Source: Anthoceros angustus (Eukaryota > Plantae > Anthocerotophyta). Taken from it: 64,000 bases of DNA. The stretch spans positions 124,001-188,000 of the forward strand of contig VJWM01000108.1 of the NCBI GenBank assembly GCA_010909165.1. The letters run 5' to 3'. Shown here piece by piece: positions 1 to 12,351 of this stretch (position 1 is the first letter of the stretch; the number at the start of each line of letters is the position of its first letter). Below the pieces are notes generated by a model. That model was not told the DNA's origin and ran no database searches. It was given only the letters and a program-made list of their open reading frames with translations. Made by a program: the position numbers and the translations under genes.

Positions 1-214
1 ATTTAAATATTATTCATTTTATAATTGATTTATATCATAAAACATGAGGTAGTTAGTTAGCTGATTGGTAACGTAATCAATTAATTAGTTAACACATATG
101 TAATCAACCTTCATACTTGCTCACTCTAAAAGAGGCTAAGCAACTTATGTACAAGCATAAAAACAATTGCTTTGAGAAATTTAGGAGATTAACCGGCAAT
201 AAGAACCCAGTGCT

Positions 215-291
215 TGGAAATTCGGGTGCTCATTGGAAGTTCAAGTGCTCTTTGGAAATTCGGGTGCTCATTGGAAGTTCAAGTGCTCTTT
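215..291. repeat. Tandem repeat, about 38 bp x2
   Basis: TTGGAAATTCGGGTGCTCATTGGAAGTTCAAGTGCTCT occurs twice in tandem. Confidence 0.85.
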
Positions 292-1189
292 GTTACGGGA
301 ACCGCTGTCATAAAGAAGCTGTCCTAAATGATTAATGTTGGGACCAACCTCTATTGCAATGCTCACATAAAAATTATGAGAACGTTCATACTTGATCGTT
401 ACGTTATAAAAAAATTAGTTATTTATAAACATACTTATCTCATTTAAACATATGTATAAAAAGATGCAACTTAAACTAAACGAAACGACATGCCTATTCA
501 ACTTAAGACATGACCCTAGACCAAGGGGTACACTTATTAACTAGGTAACTGTTGGTATCATTGCATATTGAATGGCTTAAACCCCAAACCCTAATATGAT
601 TGACACAAACATCTATCTACTTCTTCACATCTTTCCCTGCTCCCCCGATCCTTACAGTTTTTTTTTCTCCTTTGATTCTACATGAATGGCACAAACCCAA
701 GACGTAGCTTGGGTCTTGAGGGGCTTGACCCTAGTAGTGTGAACAGAGCTAACCCAGAAATTGAGAGGCTTGTTTCTGGTAGTGTACAATATGTGGAAAG
801 CTTGAGAAGAACTTCTTGCAATTTTGTTTATCAGGATGAATACTAAGTGTTATTTGGAGCAGAGTGTAACGAATGAGATGTAGGAGAAGGAACCGTGGAA
901 TCTCTAGTGGAGACTAATTCCGGGAAAAGAAGGAAGTCCGCTTTCAATTTCGTCCGTGGATTGGTGCCAATATTGAAGTCTTATCAAAACAGGTACATGA
1001 AGATATTGGAAGACGGAAAGGAGGCAAAGGACAAGAGACACAAAAAAATTTTGCCCCTTGAGAACAAAAAGCTTTATGCTAATATTGACGTAGGCCTTGG
1101 ATACATAGTGCCTTGAAAGGCATTCGAGACAAACATCAAACTCTTAAGATGTGTAGTTTTTTATTGAGGTGAAAAAACGATGAGAAGAG

Positions 1190-1255
1190 CCCATCCAGGA
1201 GGGAACAACCAAAGGGGACCCGGGGGTCGAGGTGGAGAGGAGCAACTGAGCTCCC
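1190..1255. repeat. Dispersed copy of the ~57-bp unit that is tandemly amplified at 53648-53985
   Basis: CCATCCAGGAGGGAACAACCAAAGGGGACCCGGGGGTCGAGGTGGAGAGGAGCAACTGAGC aligns with CCATCCAGCAAGGGACAGCCCAGAAGGACCCGAGGGTCAAGATGAATAGGAGCGACTAAGC. Confidence 0.65.
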
Positions 1256-1492
1256 TTAAGTAGATCCATTTTAGAAGCTACTAAGAAACAATTTAGTGCA
1301 AAACTATAATGCAAAAAAATAAGCTGCCAAGAAATAAACAGAGTGCTAGAAGTTCTTGCCTTAGGAGCTGCTAAAAGGGCAAAGTGACAAAGTTCTTTAG
1401 CTTCAGCTCTCATCAAAGCTTGATGGTTTCTCGCAGCCCGTGTGATTGAGAAGCATTGTCTTCAAGCAACGTGCTTACTCCTTGTCCCCTTC

Positions 1493-1625
1493 TTTACTTG
1501 GCTTACTTTCTCGAGGGGTAATCTCGCACCGAAGAGCCTTCGTTTAGGTGTATAGCTCTTTACTTTACTTACTTTCTCGGGGGGTAATCTCACACTGAAG
1601 AGCCTTCATTTAGGTGCATAGCCTT
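1493..1625. repeat. Direct repeat, about 65 bp x2
   Basis: TTACTTTCTCG.GGGGTAATCTC.CAC.GAAGAGCCTTC.TTTAGGTG.ATAGC occurs twice. Confidence 0.85.
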
Positions 1626-1639
1626 TATAAAGTCTTCAA

Positions 1640-1940
1640 TCCATGAGTTCAGCGTTATTAAGCTTGATATTGTGAAGAATGCACCATGCATATGAGGTTT
1701 GCATAAGGTACTTTGGCTTTGCCTTCCATGGCTTTCTTTCTATAATTCCCTGGACACATTTCAGCTACCTAAAGGCTGCTTCGATCACTATACGCGTGGA
1801 CGATTGCTTGAAGTTGTACAAACCTCCCTTTGCACTCAACCTCCAACTAGGCAATGCGGTTAACAACTAAGGCATGTATATATCAGGGTACCCTGCGAAC
1901 AAGGTCTCATGTGGCTTAATGTCAAGATCCTCTTTCCATA
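1640..1940 (-). mobile_element. Degenerate PIF/Harbinger (DDE_Tnp_4-like) transposase fragment
   Basis: Minus-strand translation LYNFKQSSTRIVIEAAFR*LKCVQGII...YAWCILHNI fits the Harbinger C-terminal motif (N..S..R..IE.AFG.LK...CC.LHN); internal stops are present. Confidence 0.75.
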
Positions 1941-2910
1941 GACGAGCTCGAGATGCAAGATTTTTTTCACTTTTTAAAACGACAAAGGCTTGTTTTAAGG
2001 ATTTTTTATGAAACACGGGCCAAAAAAACGATTTCTTGGAAAAGAAAAGTTAAAAAAAGCATTAAAAATTCAATGGCGTCTTTTTAATGACTCAAAGCAT
2101 GAAGCAAAAATATCATCTTTTAAAGGGAAAAAGAAGAAGAAGAAATCATGGAAAAAATGGTGGTCCATACCACCGCTGAATTTACCTGAATGTTTTTCAG
2201 CCGTAAAATCTGGCGAAACATGATTGAAAACCAAGTTGGAGGAGGCATAGAAAAACTAAATAAGTTATTTGGGACCGAATTCACAAATGAGCACATATAA
2301 GAAATACTATGTTAATATACAGCTGCAACAAAAAACTCCTTGTTTGCAGCTGCAACAAAAAAACTCTCGTACTCCCCCTACCCTGGAGGCAGAACATGAA
2401 CAGCTCCGGCCAATACAACATCCCATCAGCATGGCCAAAGGAGCGCATATCCTGCTGGTCGTTTGAGGTCCATGAAGGGCCTGATTGCTGGTCGGTTGTT
2501 CTGTTTGATCAGTTTGTTTCTGTGGAGGCTTTAGGAGTCCTGTGGTTGGTGGAAGGCGTCCATCAGGTATGCCCCTTCGTTCTGGACTGGTGATCTCGAC
2601 CGCAAACAACACTGAGATAAAATAGTGACGTCCCAAATAAGCGTCAAGGCTTCCAAAACAAAATTTGAAATATCCATCGGAGAAAAGCTGATCTTCCCGT
2701 CAATGGTCAGTCACACAGACCTTGCCAAGCAATTGCCGCTGTGGCATGGATGACCCTTCACATCTCTAACTTACTCGCGAAACCACTACACCGTCCACGG
2801 TCTCTTCCGATGCGAACGACAGCAAACGGACGTCTACAGCGGTGACTTGACTCGTTGCGCCAACCAGTGCCTGGCGCTATGATAGGCAATCATAAAAGAA
2901 TGTTAAGGCT

Positions 2911-5006
2911 TCAAATCCTAGGATCCTGTGGTTGGTGGAAGGCGTCCATGAGGTACAGCTTTGCAAAGCTCTGCCCAGCAAACCTGGGAAGACGAGATCA
3001 CATATGAGATGAGATTCGACATGAGAAAGGTCAGGATTGGAAACAAAGACATGAATGAGCATGTGTGTACCCATTGATCTGACTGCAGTAGTTGTTGATC
3101 TGATTTGTTATCAGATAACTGTCCAACCGAGAAGGTTCCGGGATGGTCTTGAAGATAGCGTTGTTGGGATCCTCCTCAGGAAGCGGATCCTCGTTTGAAG
3201 ACTTTCGGGCCATGTTCTCTTGTCTGAACACAGGCCAAGATGAAGTCACATCATAAAGCGATAGTAACATTTTCCAGATGTGGAAATCATAATAAACTCA
3301 AACCTTCTCTTTTGAAGCCAGGCTTGTTGCTGCGCCTGCTGCCTTGACAAGTTCCTGTAATAATACTGGAACTGTTTCCACAATACACCGAACGTCATAT
3401 TACAGTCCATTGGCCACACACATCATAATTTCAGGAAGAGTAGAACGATCGAACATGAAGAACCACTTTCGTTTCACAAACTCTTACCTTTTGCTGCTCC
3501 ATTGCAAGATCATCCATGCACTCAATAAGAAACTCCAGGTTCTTCTCCACAAATGGGTTTGTTGACAGAACGAGCCTGTCAAAATCACACTGTAAACCAA
3601 AATATCAGTCCAGTGATGACCCACACATACTACTAATAAATAGATTGTACGAGTAACAAATGGATTCACAATCCATACAATGCCAGAAACGAGTAGGCAA
3701 CTGGAAAGCTACCTGTGTGGCTGCAGCATTCGTCTCAAGTTCAGTCATGAGAGCACTAACTAAAACTGAGTTTGAAATTTTCACCTGCAATGAGCAATTG
3801 CTACCGTTTATAAACGACTGACCACTACATACCAATGACAGATCCATATTTCACAGCCAAAGACACCAACAATCTCCAAGGACGAGAAATTTCTTGAAGA
3901 TAGAATACTCACAGGGATCTCCTCAAAAATATCTGTCCATGTCATGTTCTTCTCCCTCAACCTGATCAGCCCAAAAGCCCGTATTCATCAAAATCCCATA
4001 TCCACATCTCATTTGCAACAGAGTCAGCAACAGTCTCGAGCACAAGAGGAAATAGACAGGGGCTCATCATAGGTAGAGACTTACTTTTCTCCCGTGAAAT
4101 TCTGAGCACGGTACAGGTCCATGAAGGCGTCTGTCAGCTTTAGCGCCTTCAGGGCAAGCACTCCTTGTCCAGAGCGAAGAGGATCGTAAATGATACAGAC
4201 ACAACGCTTGATGTTCTCCTGAGAACCGTATTCCATCTTCATCAGCACTTTGCCCTAAAAAGCAAACTCACACAAGTGTTTGACGGCTTCACAAAGAAAA
4301 TCCCACCTGATAGTTCAAAAAGGTCTCTATCAACTCCACAGTCTGAAAGGAGCCCATGTAAGTTGACTGATACCTGCAGGAAGACAGGGCATTTACTCCA
4401 CCCACCGAGCAGAGCTTTAACAACATGTCAAAGTCTCTGCACCACAACTGATCCCTAAAAGGTTGCACATACCATCCAACAGTGTTGTTGTCAACATTCA
4501 CCTCACGGAGGCATCGCATCATTTCCAGCTGGTAATTAGCACCATCAGCCTCAACCTCCTCGTCCTCCTCCCCACCTCTGCTCTGCTAATATCAATGATG
4601 AAACATTAGCCAACTGTGCGAGCCAATGGAAAAACGAAAACAGGTACAGCTTGAAGGCTTATGGAACCAAGGAAACCAGGATACAGACCGGGAAGGGGAA
4701 ACAATTCGTGACCTCCAGGACCTTGCCGATGTCCAGTCCCAGAAGCTGACCCGTGACAAGAGCTGGAGCGCATTCCTTGCAATGCTTGATAATTTTCAAA
4801 GCAACCTAAGAGATCACCACAGATAAGCTCCTGAGCAGCAAAGGCCCCCAACATCACCCATTCCCGCGGTCCACCAACAATGGACCGAACACACAGGGTT
4901 CTACGTAGCGTACCAGGCCATCAATCTGCACAATCTTCAGGGGAACCGCAACCTCCTCTGAAGCCGCAGCCTGCGCAAATGAACGGGGGGCAGGAGCGTC
5001 CGCCAT
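2911..5006 (-). CDS. eIF3h: Eukaryotic translation initiation factor 3 subunit H (multi-exon)
   Basis: Exons translate to [14 protein letters not shown]...VQIDGL / [11 protein letters not shown]...[22 protein letters not shown] / [18 protein letters not shown] / [31 protein letters not shown] / [16 protein letters not shown]; GT-AG introns. Confidence 0.95.
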
Positions 5007-5793
5007 GGTCAGACGCCAAAGTCGCTCACGCCTGGCTAAACGTTCCGACCTAGAGCTGACCCGAACTGAACAGAACTGAGGCTTCTACTGGCTACTCTAA
5101 AAACCTATATATGTCGCGGTTGTGCCGCATTCCATGTGCACCAAAGCGGTACGTTATTTAATTAATCATGTAATGTATAAAAAGAATATTCAGTACCTAC
5201 CTAAATTATATTTTTACCAAATGTGGAATGGATGTGTATACTTACTCATCAAAAAGCATTAAAATTATACTTTGCGTCTTTTTTTTACCCACCAACTTGA
5301 ATCTTGGCATAGGGAGATATACTACGCACCACCATGTTGTGCAACTGATTCACATACGTGAAGCTTGCTTAAACCTAGAACCTCATCATCGTCATTTGAC
5401 ATCTTTCTCCATTAAAATTCTAGCCCAACATAGCCCAATGGCCTCTGATAGCCAGATAGTAGCTTATGAATACATATTTGCAAGATGACCACACAGGTCT
5501 GCAGAAGCAACATGATCAACAATTTAGTTTGTGGCTCCATCGGTCCTGAAGGTATGAGCATCTCCATCTTCAGCACCAATATGTTCAGACAATTGAGAAC
5601 TGGCTGACTTGCCAAGATGTTAGGCACAAAACTCTACAAGCAAAAAAGAGTTGAGATTGGTCCTCGGATACAATGGAATACATGCAAAAATAATGAAGAC
5701 CGTACTCGGATCTTAAACAGGTGACTTGGGGTAATTCCTATCTAGTTCAGTTCGATGGCATGTCTATGGGATCATGGTTCGTCATTTACAGTT

Positions 5794-5993
5794 CGTTTAC
5801 CAATTCAATTCAATCTCGAAACTTAATTGTCCAAGTTGGAGCTGAACTATTTAGTTGGCACACGGTTCGTGTAACTGAACTATAAAATTGAACCGTTTAC
5901 CAATTCAATTCAATCTCGAAACTTAATTGTCTAAGTTGGAGCTGAACTATTAAGTTGGCAGACGGTTCGTGTAACTGAACTATAAAATTGAAC
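5794..5993. repeat. Direct tandem repeat, about 101 bp x2
   Basis: CGTTTACCAATTCAATTCAATCTCGAAAC...GAACTATAAAATTGAAC occurs twice with about 3 mismatches. Confidence 0.9.
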
Positions 5994-7949
5994 GGGTGTC
6001 AGTTTGGGTGAAGTGCCAGTCCATAAGGGTCTTTAGATTGTTGAGAAGCTTGATCGTTCCTCCCCTCCATAATATTAACTATTTACTCACTTTGGTTTTC
6101 ATCCAAATGTCTAGATGGCCGATTGTTAGAGTTCTTCATTGTTGTAGTTGTAGCTCTATAAGGAAGGTAGGTTTGTATTACATCAAGCCGTGATTACTTT
6201 ATTGATGAGTGAACTTCAGGTTAATTGTTCCAACTACAAATCCTTATATATAAGTAGATAAAATGGATATGATTAAAGGATTAAAGCCTCTTTATTCACA
6301 TTTAATTACATTTACCGCCTTGGTGCTACAGACTTGATCAGATGGCTTTCACTAGATTGGGGACTAAAGAGTCTTCAGATGTAGTGGCCAAATTATTTGG
6401 TGCAGCTAAGTCGTGCTCACTATCAAAGGTTAAGTAAGGCGTTTTGTGAGCTCGCTTATTTTTTATACAATTCTCCATGTGAAGAGAAAATATTTGAATT
6501 TCCTAGGGGAAGGACATTATGATCCTCCAACCTTATCTGATTCTGGATCTTTGGGAGATGAGCACATGATGATGAGGACACAATTATATTTGCAATTTAA
6601 GATTCTCCCATGCATGGATACCTGCATTCATTTTATACAGTAGTCATGTACCCTAACAAAAATGCACACTCTTTTCCTCTAGCTCTGCGGGCTTGTTAAG
6701 TTTTCATCTAGTCCCGCTTCCACAATGATGAAGTGCGCCTGCCTGCCAACTACCAGATTGCTCGATTGTACTCATCTCATTTGCTTTTCATCCCCTGTTC
6801 AGTTCTGGTGAAGCATCTACTCTTCAATATATAACTCTAAAGAGAAGATGTAAGGGGATTTTATTCTTTCGTCCGCATCAGAGTTAGCAAATATCAGAAT
6901 CTTGTATTAGATGCTCAAGTTCGTACCATCTTTATCCTTTCTAGTGTAAGCTCATTTTTCCTTCTTGTTCATTCATGAAATATCCCGAATATTCATGTTA
7001 TAATGACTGCATCTCGACTTGCAATCAACTCCCACCTGTCTTTCTCTCATACTGCTGAACAACACATGAAATCAATCTAGTGTAGATGGTTCAGCAAGAA
7101 ATCCAACTAGTATAGACAAACCAAAAGATGGAAATCCATGAAAACCAAAACTATACCTTGCAGCCTCCTGCAAGATTGAATCTAACTTCTGTTTGCTCTA
7201 CCCCACTGATTTGTTTATGCCCTCAATAACATAACATTAGTAGGATCTGCCCACAACTAATTGGACAAAGTGAAGCAAAAAGACAAAGTAAAGAAGGGAA
7301 AGCAAGGAGATTGAAGGGGGCAACATGGGAAGCAAGGAGAGAAAAGGGGTATGTTGTCCTAGTCGATTGAACATGGATCAAGGTTTGCAAAAAGAGTAAT
7401 TCTCTTCAATCTTTGTAGATATGAAAGCTAAGGGATTTAAAGTGACCTTCAGCCCATAACAGGGACGATCATCAATGAATTCTTTCCAGGTAACGAGGGA
7501 ATGATGCTACCTATGCACACCATCTTCTACATGTTCAACTCTATCCTCGAGGGAATAAACGTTATTATCTATATACTCCCTTATTTTTACTTCATGGTGC
7601 AAACGAAACCATTGAAGGAGTAATAAAATCTAACACCCAACAGGGTGCCAACAATCAAGTCGGCAGTCGGGATGAAAATCGATGCAGGGAGGATTGTCGC
7701 AGTTGTTGCAGCCTGACGTGATGTATCAATGGATACCACCTAATTTTCAACTGGTGTTACCTCATCCTCATCCTCATCCTCATCCTCAGTTGGTGCACTG
7801 CGACGTATCCTTGAGATGACCTTTTTCGTTTTCCATAATCTTTTTCACTTTCAACTCACTTGCTACTTTTTTCAACAATGTCCTCCCTCTTAGTTTTATA
7901 GGCTCTTGGTGTAAGAATGATATTCACTCCATTTTGAAAGCCAATGACC

Positions 7950-8450
7950 AATACCTCCTCTCTAATTACAGGTTTATCACTATGGAGTCTAGACATGCTA
8001 AGATCTATAGCTCTTGTTCAGAGATTGTAACTACTTCCTTCATTGAGGAGGTGCGTGCCCGGGATCAAGCTGGTCTCCGTCCTAGCTGGAATTGTCCTGT
8101 TTGGACAATATTGTCCCGTTTAGACAATATTTTTGCTCATCGGGCTATTTTTGATTAGGCTTGGCACCTCAAGAAGCATATCTTTTGTTCATTTATGAAT
8201 TTTAAGAAAGCTTTTGACTCTGTGCCTTGGGACAAATCTTTTGATAGATTAAGATATTTGAGGATGCCTCCGCATCTCTAGCATACTACTTCTCTTCTAT
8301 ATAGTCGAATTCATGGTCAAATACAGAGTCATATGGCTTGTCTACATATCAAATTCCCATCTAGTTTGGCGTTCGTGAGGGTGACCCATTGTTTCCTAAT
8401 CTTTTTGGACTGTATATTGACGAGCTTGAAGAGTGGCTTTTAGAAATAGG
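7950..8450 (+). mobile_element. Degenerate non-LTR (LINE) reverse transcriptase fragment
   Basis: YRFIT..., DQAGLRP, FMNFKKAFDSVPWD and a decayed GVREGDPL..NLFGLYIDELE-like motif, broken by stops and frameshifts. Confidence 0.75.
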
Positions 8451-9124
8451 CTTTTGCAGCCAACCTTGTATACATCATCGCATGGAGGTACTTCAAGCAA
8501 CAAACATATTGAGGCCAAGGAGCTTGCTTGCCAAGGTGTAACGCAATTGTTTAAAGATAGATTCCTTCAATGAACTAAATTACTATTTATTGAAAGGAGG
8601 GCAAAGATATAGGCGTTGCATTTATGGGCAACCTCATTTTTGAGCCATTGTTACTTCAAAGTAGCTATGTTTTGATAGGGTGTGAACATTATGTTGAACA
8701 AATTTCTGTTTCATTTGATTGAAGCCAAGTTGGGGAAAAATAAATATTTTTTTCGTCCAAAATCAAAAAAACAAAGTTAAAAAAAAAGACGGGGCTTCAA
8801 GTTTCAGGCCCTCTACTCCGACTTGTACTCGGACGGAGGCGGTGCCTCGAGTCCAAAGCAACCTAAGGCCGCAACTGACCGTATTCAGCAGCGGGAAATC
8901 CCAAACTCGGAAGAGTTTGAGGTCCCTGGTAGTTTTCTATACAACTTGTTACCGACCGTTTCTGACCGTGGAAATGGGAAAAATTCTTTACAAGCAGCGT
9001 CGAAGATCTGGATACACGGCACAGGTACACTAAAACTACCTAGGTACACCTACTCGTTTGTCATCTTGGCTAACATCCATGGAGGGTGAACGAAAAATAT
9101 CGAGACTGGAACCGGGATTCGTAA

Positions 9125-11170
9125 CTACCTCAACAGAGCAATCTCAATCAAAAATTTATTGAGTGACTGAGGTTTAGAGAAGAATGGGGAATGATCACTG
9201 CCTTTTACCCTGAACACCTTCTCAGGAGGATTTAATCTGAGGATGCTTTCATGAATAGACTGACTGAAAACATTATCATCTGTGGTTTCAACATAAAATC
9301 GTCTCACACTGCCATAGTTTTCCTCGGTTAGGTTGAGCTTTTCCATTGCCGGGGCGAAAGGAACCGGCCTGACGGCCACGGTTGCTAAAGCCACATCCTG
9401 GATCATAGCAACGAGACCCATTAGATGCTTTGGACAAAATGAACTTGCCGACGCCAGGAACAAGTGACCAAGATACAGGCCAACTCACAAAACAGGTTAT
9501 TACGCTGGGAGGACTTTGGGCACACCAAAAGAACGGGGGACCTACCCTGGCTGGACTGAGGTTATAAAAAAGATCCTTTAAAAGCTGCTTGTCGAACTCG
9601 ATGGCGGTTGGAGGCTTTGAATTCCCGTTGCCAAAAGAAAATTTCTGAGCCACCTGAAGCAGGCCATCTGTATCCTGTCCCTGCTAAAAGACGAAGCAAC
9701 TTCGTTAGCATCTGTACAAACTTGTTCCAAGGTAAACCATCTAAAGCCAAAATTGGAGTGAAATTGCTGGAAGAGAGATCTACCAACGAAGAGTGACATG
9801 GGAGAACCCACCTGCTGCGTGAAAACATCGTAGGCCCTTTGTCCGCTAGTTACCATAGTTGCAGCCACAAAAACCGCTTTTGAGATCTTCCCAGGGAAGT
9901 GCTCCATGGCTTGGGAGATGCAAGCACCACCAATATTGTGGGCAACCAGAATTACCTGAATCCAATACCTTCTCATCAATGACAGGATGCAAGTGCGGTT
10001 CCAGGACAGAAGTTCAGAATATAAGATGAAGTAGCAACCTCAGTAGGAACATCGAGGTTCTAGGTGGTGAGAGGAAATCTATACCAGCCATCCAAATCTG
10101 CACTCGAGAAAGTTGGCTACCATACAACGGGCAAATGAAAGCGTTACGACAAAAAAGCGGCTCACCTTCTCCGACTCCGGTAACTGTTTCAGGAAATCGA
10201 ACAGAGGCTGCACATATTCTGAGAGGGTGGTAACAATATTGGGGTCCTTTTGATCAATTCCCGAGCCCACGAGATCAAGGGCAGTAGTAGCAAATCCAGC
10301 TTCTTGCAATAACGCGATAACCTTATACCAGCACCAAGCACCATGCCCTCCTCCATGAACTAGAACGAAGTGCTTCGACGGCAAATCGGCTGGCAGACTC
10401 TCGACCTGATAAAATCACCCGAAGTAAGAAACCTGAGAGAACTTAAACAGGTTTCCTAAAGAGGCAGATATCCGCAAGTAAAACAGGCACATAATTGTCA
10501 CAGAATTATCCCTCACGGCTCAAACCCCGTTCTGCAATCCAGACATCATCCCGGCACACTCCCGAACGGCCATAGCATAGTGGCCTATCCCACAGGAATG
10601 CAAGACCAACTGGCAGCTTGTGCACGGAGGGCTACTACTTCTCGAGACGTCTACAGATGAGACTGCGACAGTTCAATGACGACGGACCTGAGCTAGAACT
10701 CACGGATCAGGCTAGGACAGTCAGCGACTAAATTCGGTTAGCAACAACAGGAGCAACAGCAACAGCAACGACAAACAGCAGCAGCAACAGCGTCCCATCC
10801 CTGTTCCACAGACCTTGGAGGCATTGGCCAGCTGGACGGGGTTGAGCAGCTGGTCGGAGTTGTCGCGGGGCCGCGCGCTAAGGCTCCGGGGGAGCTGGCT
10901 GCGCTTGCCGAGGGAGGCAGGGCCGGCCGGGTCGGTGTGCCGCTGCGACATCGCGCGGTCCAGCCGGGCCTGGATTCTCTGGTGCTGCTGCAGCGCCAGG
11001 GCCAGAATGGCCTCGTCCTGCAGCGCCACCGCATCCTTCGCAAATCGCTTGCTCCTGCTGAGCTGCGGAAGGACGGGCAGCGGGAGCTCGCCGCCGCCAT
11101 CCCTAACTTCTTCGAACTCTACCGTCTCGTATTCTTCACCTTTGCTGGGCCGCCAACACAGATTCCCCAT
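9125..11170 (-). CDS. Methylesterase (MES11/MES13-like alpha/beta hydrolase), multi-exon
   Basis: MGNLC N-terminus; HFVLVHGGGHGAWCWYK; VILVAHNIGGACIS; KGSDHSPFFSKPQSL. Confidence 0.92.
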
Positions 11171-11871
11171 CGCTCCTGCCCTGCCCTCTCGCGCTGCCGG
11201 AGCCAAGTGACCGCAAGGAAGGGTATCACAGGGTTTAGGGTTCTAGAGGTCATTCATTCCAGTAGACGTTGTTGTGCGGTGCTCTCCGAACCATGCGAGA
11301 TAGTCACTATCACACGGCTCACCAACCCGAACTACCCTTATGAAACCCACCTAAGACCAATTGCCGCGCTCTGAGTTCTCTGGCGCAAGGTAATCTGTTT
11401 TCGACGCGCCGCCGATTCACACCAGCAGCCTTTCATATCGTTCAGTTGAATCACATCCTTCGGCCTGCGGTCTGAATTTGCAGCATAAAGCCTGCCGCCC
11501 GCGGCGGCCTCTTCACAGGGCCCTGCCGGAGCATAGAACTCCTATACAACTTTCTTCATGGATCTCCCTGATTATCTACTGGGTTGCAGTCTTCATATAG
11601 CGGTTTGACGGCGCTTTGTCGGACTCTGTGTCTTGGCTTACATGGCACATAAACTATGGCAGGGCCTTGCTAGATGAGAAGCAAGCTTGCGTCAAATAGT
11701 TATTGCATAATCTTCGCTAGCTGTGTTTTGGAAAAGCGCTCACCAGCCATAGCGAACATCTTCGTTCGGATGTCGCCCGCCGCCCGCCGGCCCAGTCTTA
11801 GAATGGTTGACCAGTCGCTCAGACATGCTTGCTTAGGGTTCGTGATGTGATAGTAGTTGGCCTGAATGTGT

Positions 11872-12190
11872 GTCCAAATGGCATAGGCCCAATGGACACA
11901 CATTTATAAGAACGTCGTGATTAAGCATCCTGAGCTTAGATCGATACTTAGATGGGGTGCCTGAGCTTAGATCGATACTTAGATGGGGTGCTTGAGCTTA
12001 GATCGATACTTAGATGGGGTGCTTGAGCTTAGATCGATACTTAGATGAGGTGCCTGAGCTTAGATCGATACTTAGATGGGGTCCCTAAAGGGAGTGGATG
12101 CCCTTGGTGCAAGTTGCTTAGGCACACATGGTACAAGTTGTTAAGTACCAAGTGTTCTTAGTGGACTTCAATAAAATTTTTCTTCTTCTT
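11872..12190 (+). mobile_element. 5S rRNA-derived SINE-like element, copy 1, with an internal 31-bp x5 array
   Basis: AGAAC/TTAAGC/TACT.AGATGGG motifs at 5S-like spacing; AATAAA plus (CTT)n tail; homologous to 28991-29190. Confidence 0.7.
11929..12083. repeat. 31-bp tandem repeat x5
   Basis: CCTGAGCTTAGATCGATACTTAGATGGGGTG x5 with 0-2 mismatches each. Confidence 0.95.
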
Positions 12191-12351
12191 CTGAAAGTTT
12201 TTCTTTTTAGGGTTTTAGGAAGAAAACCCTGAGGGCTGAGCCAGACGAAGAAAGGCCTCAGAGAAAGGACTAGAGAAAACGCTTAACTTGATGTCGATTG
12301 CACACACAGCTTGGCGGAGAGTAACTCGGTTTGAGGTGCTGCATTGCAGCA

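Noticed and set aside
5300-7850. Decayed TE coding sequence
   Set aside because: It looks like old TE debris, but I could not identify any diagnostic motif.
11929-12083. CRISPR-like array of 31-bp repeats
   Set aside because: The repeats are contiguous with no spacers, there are no cas genes, and the context is eukaryotic; it is an internal amplification within the SINE-like element.
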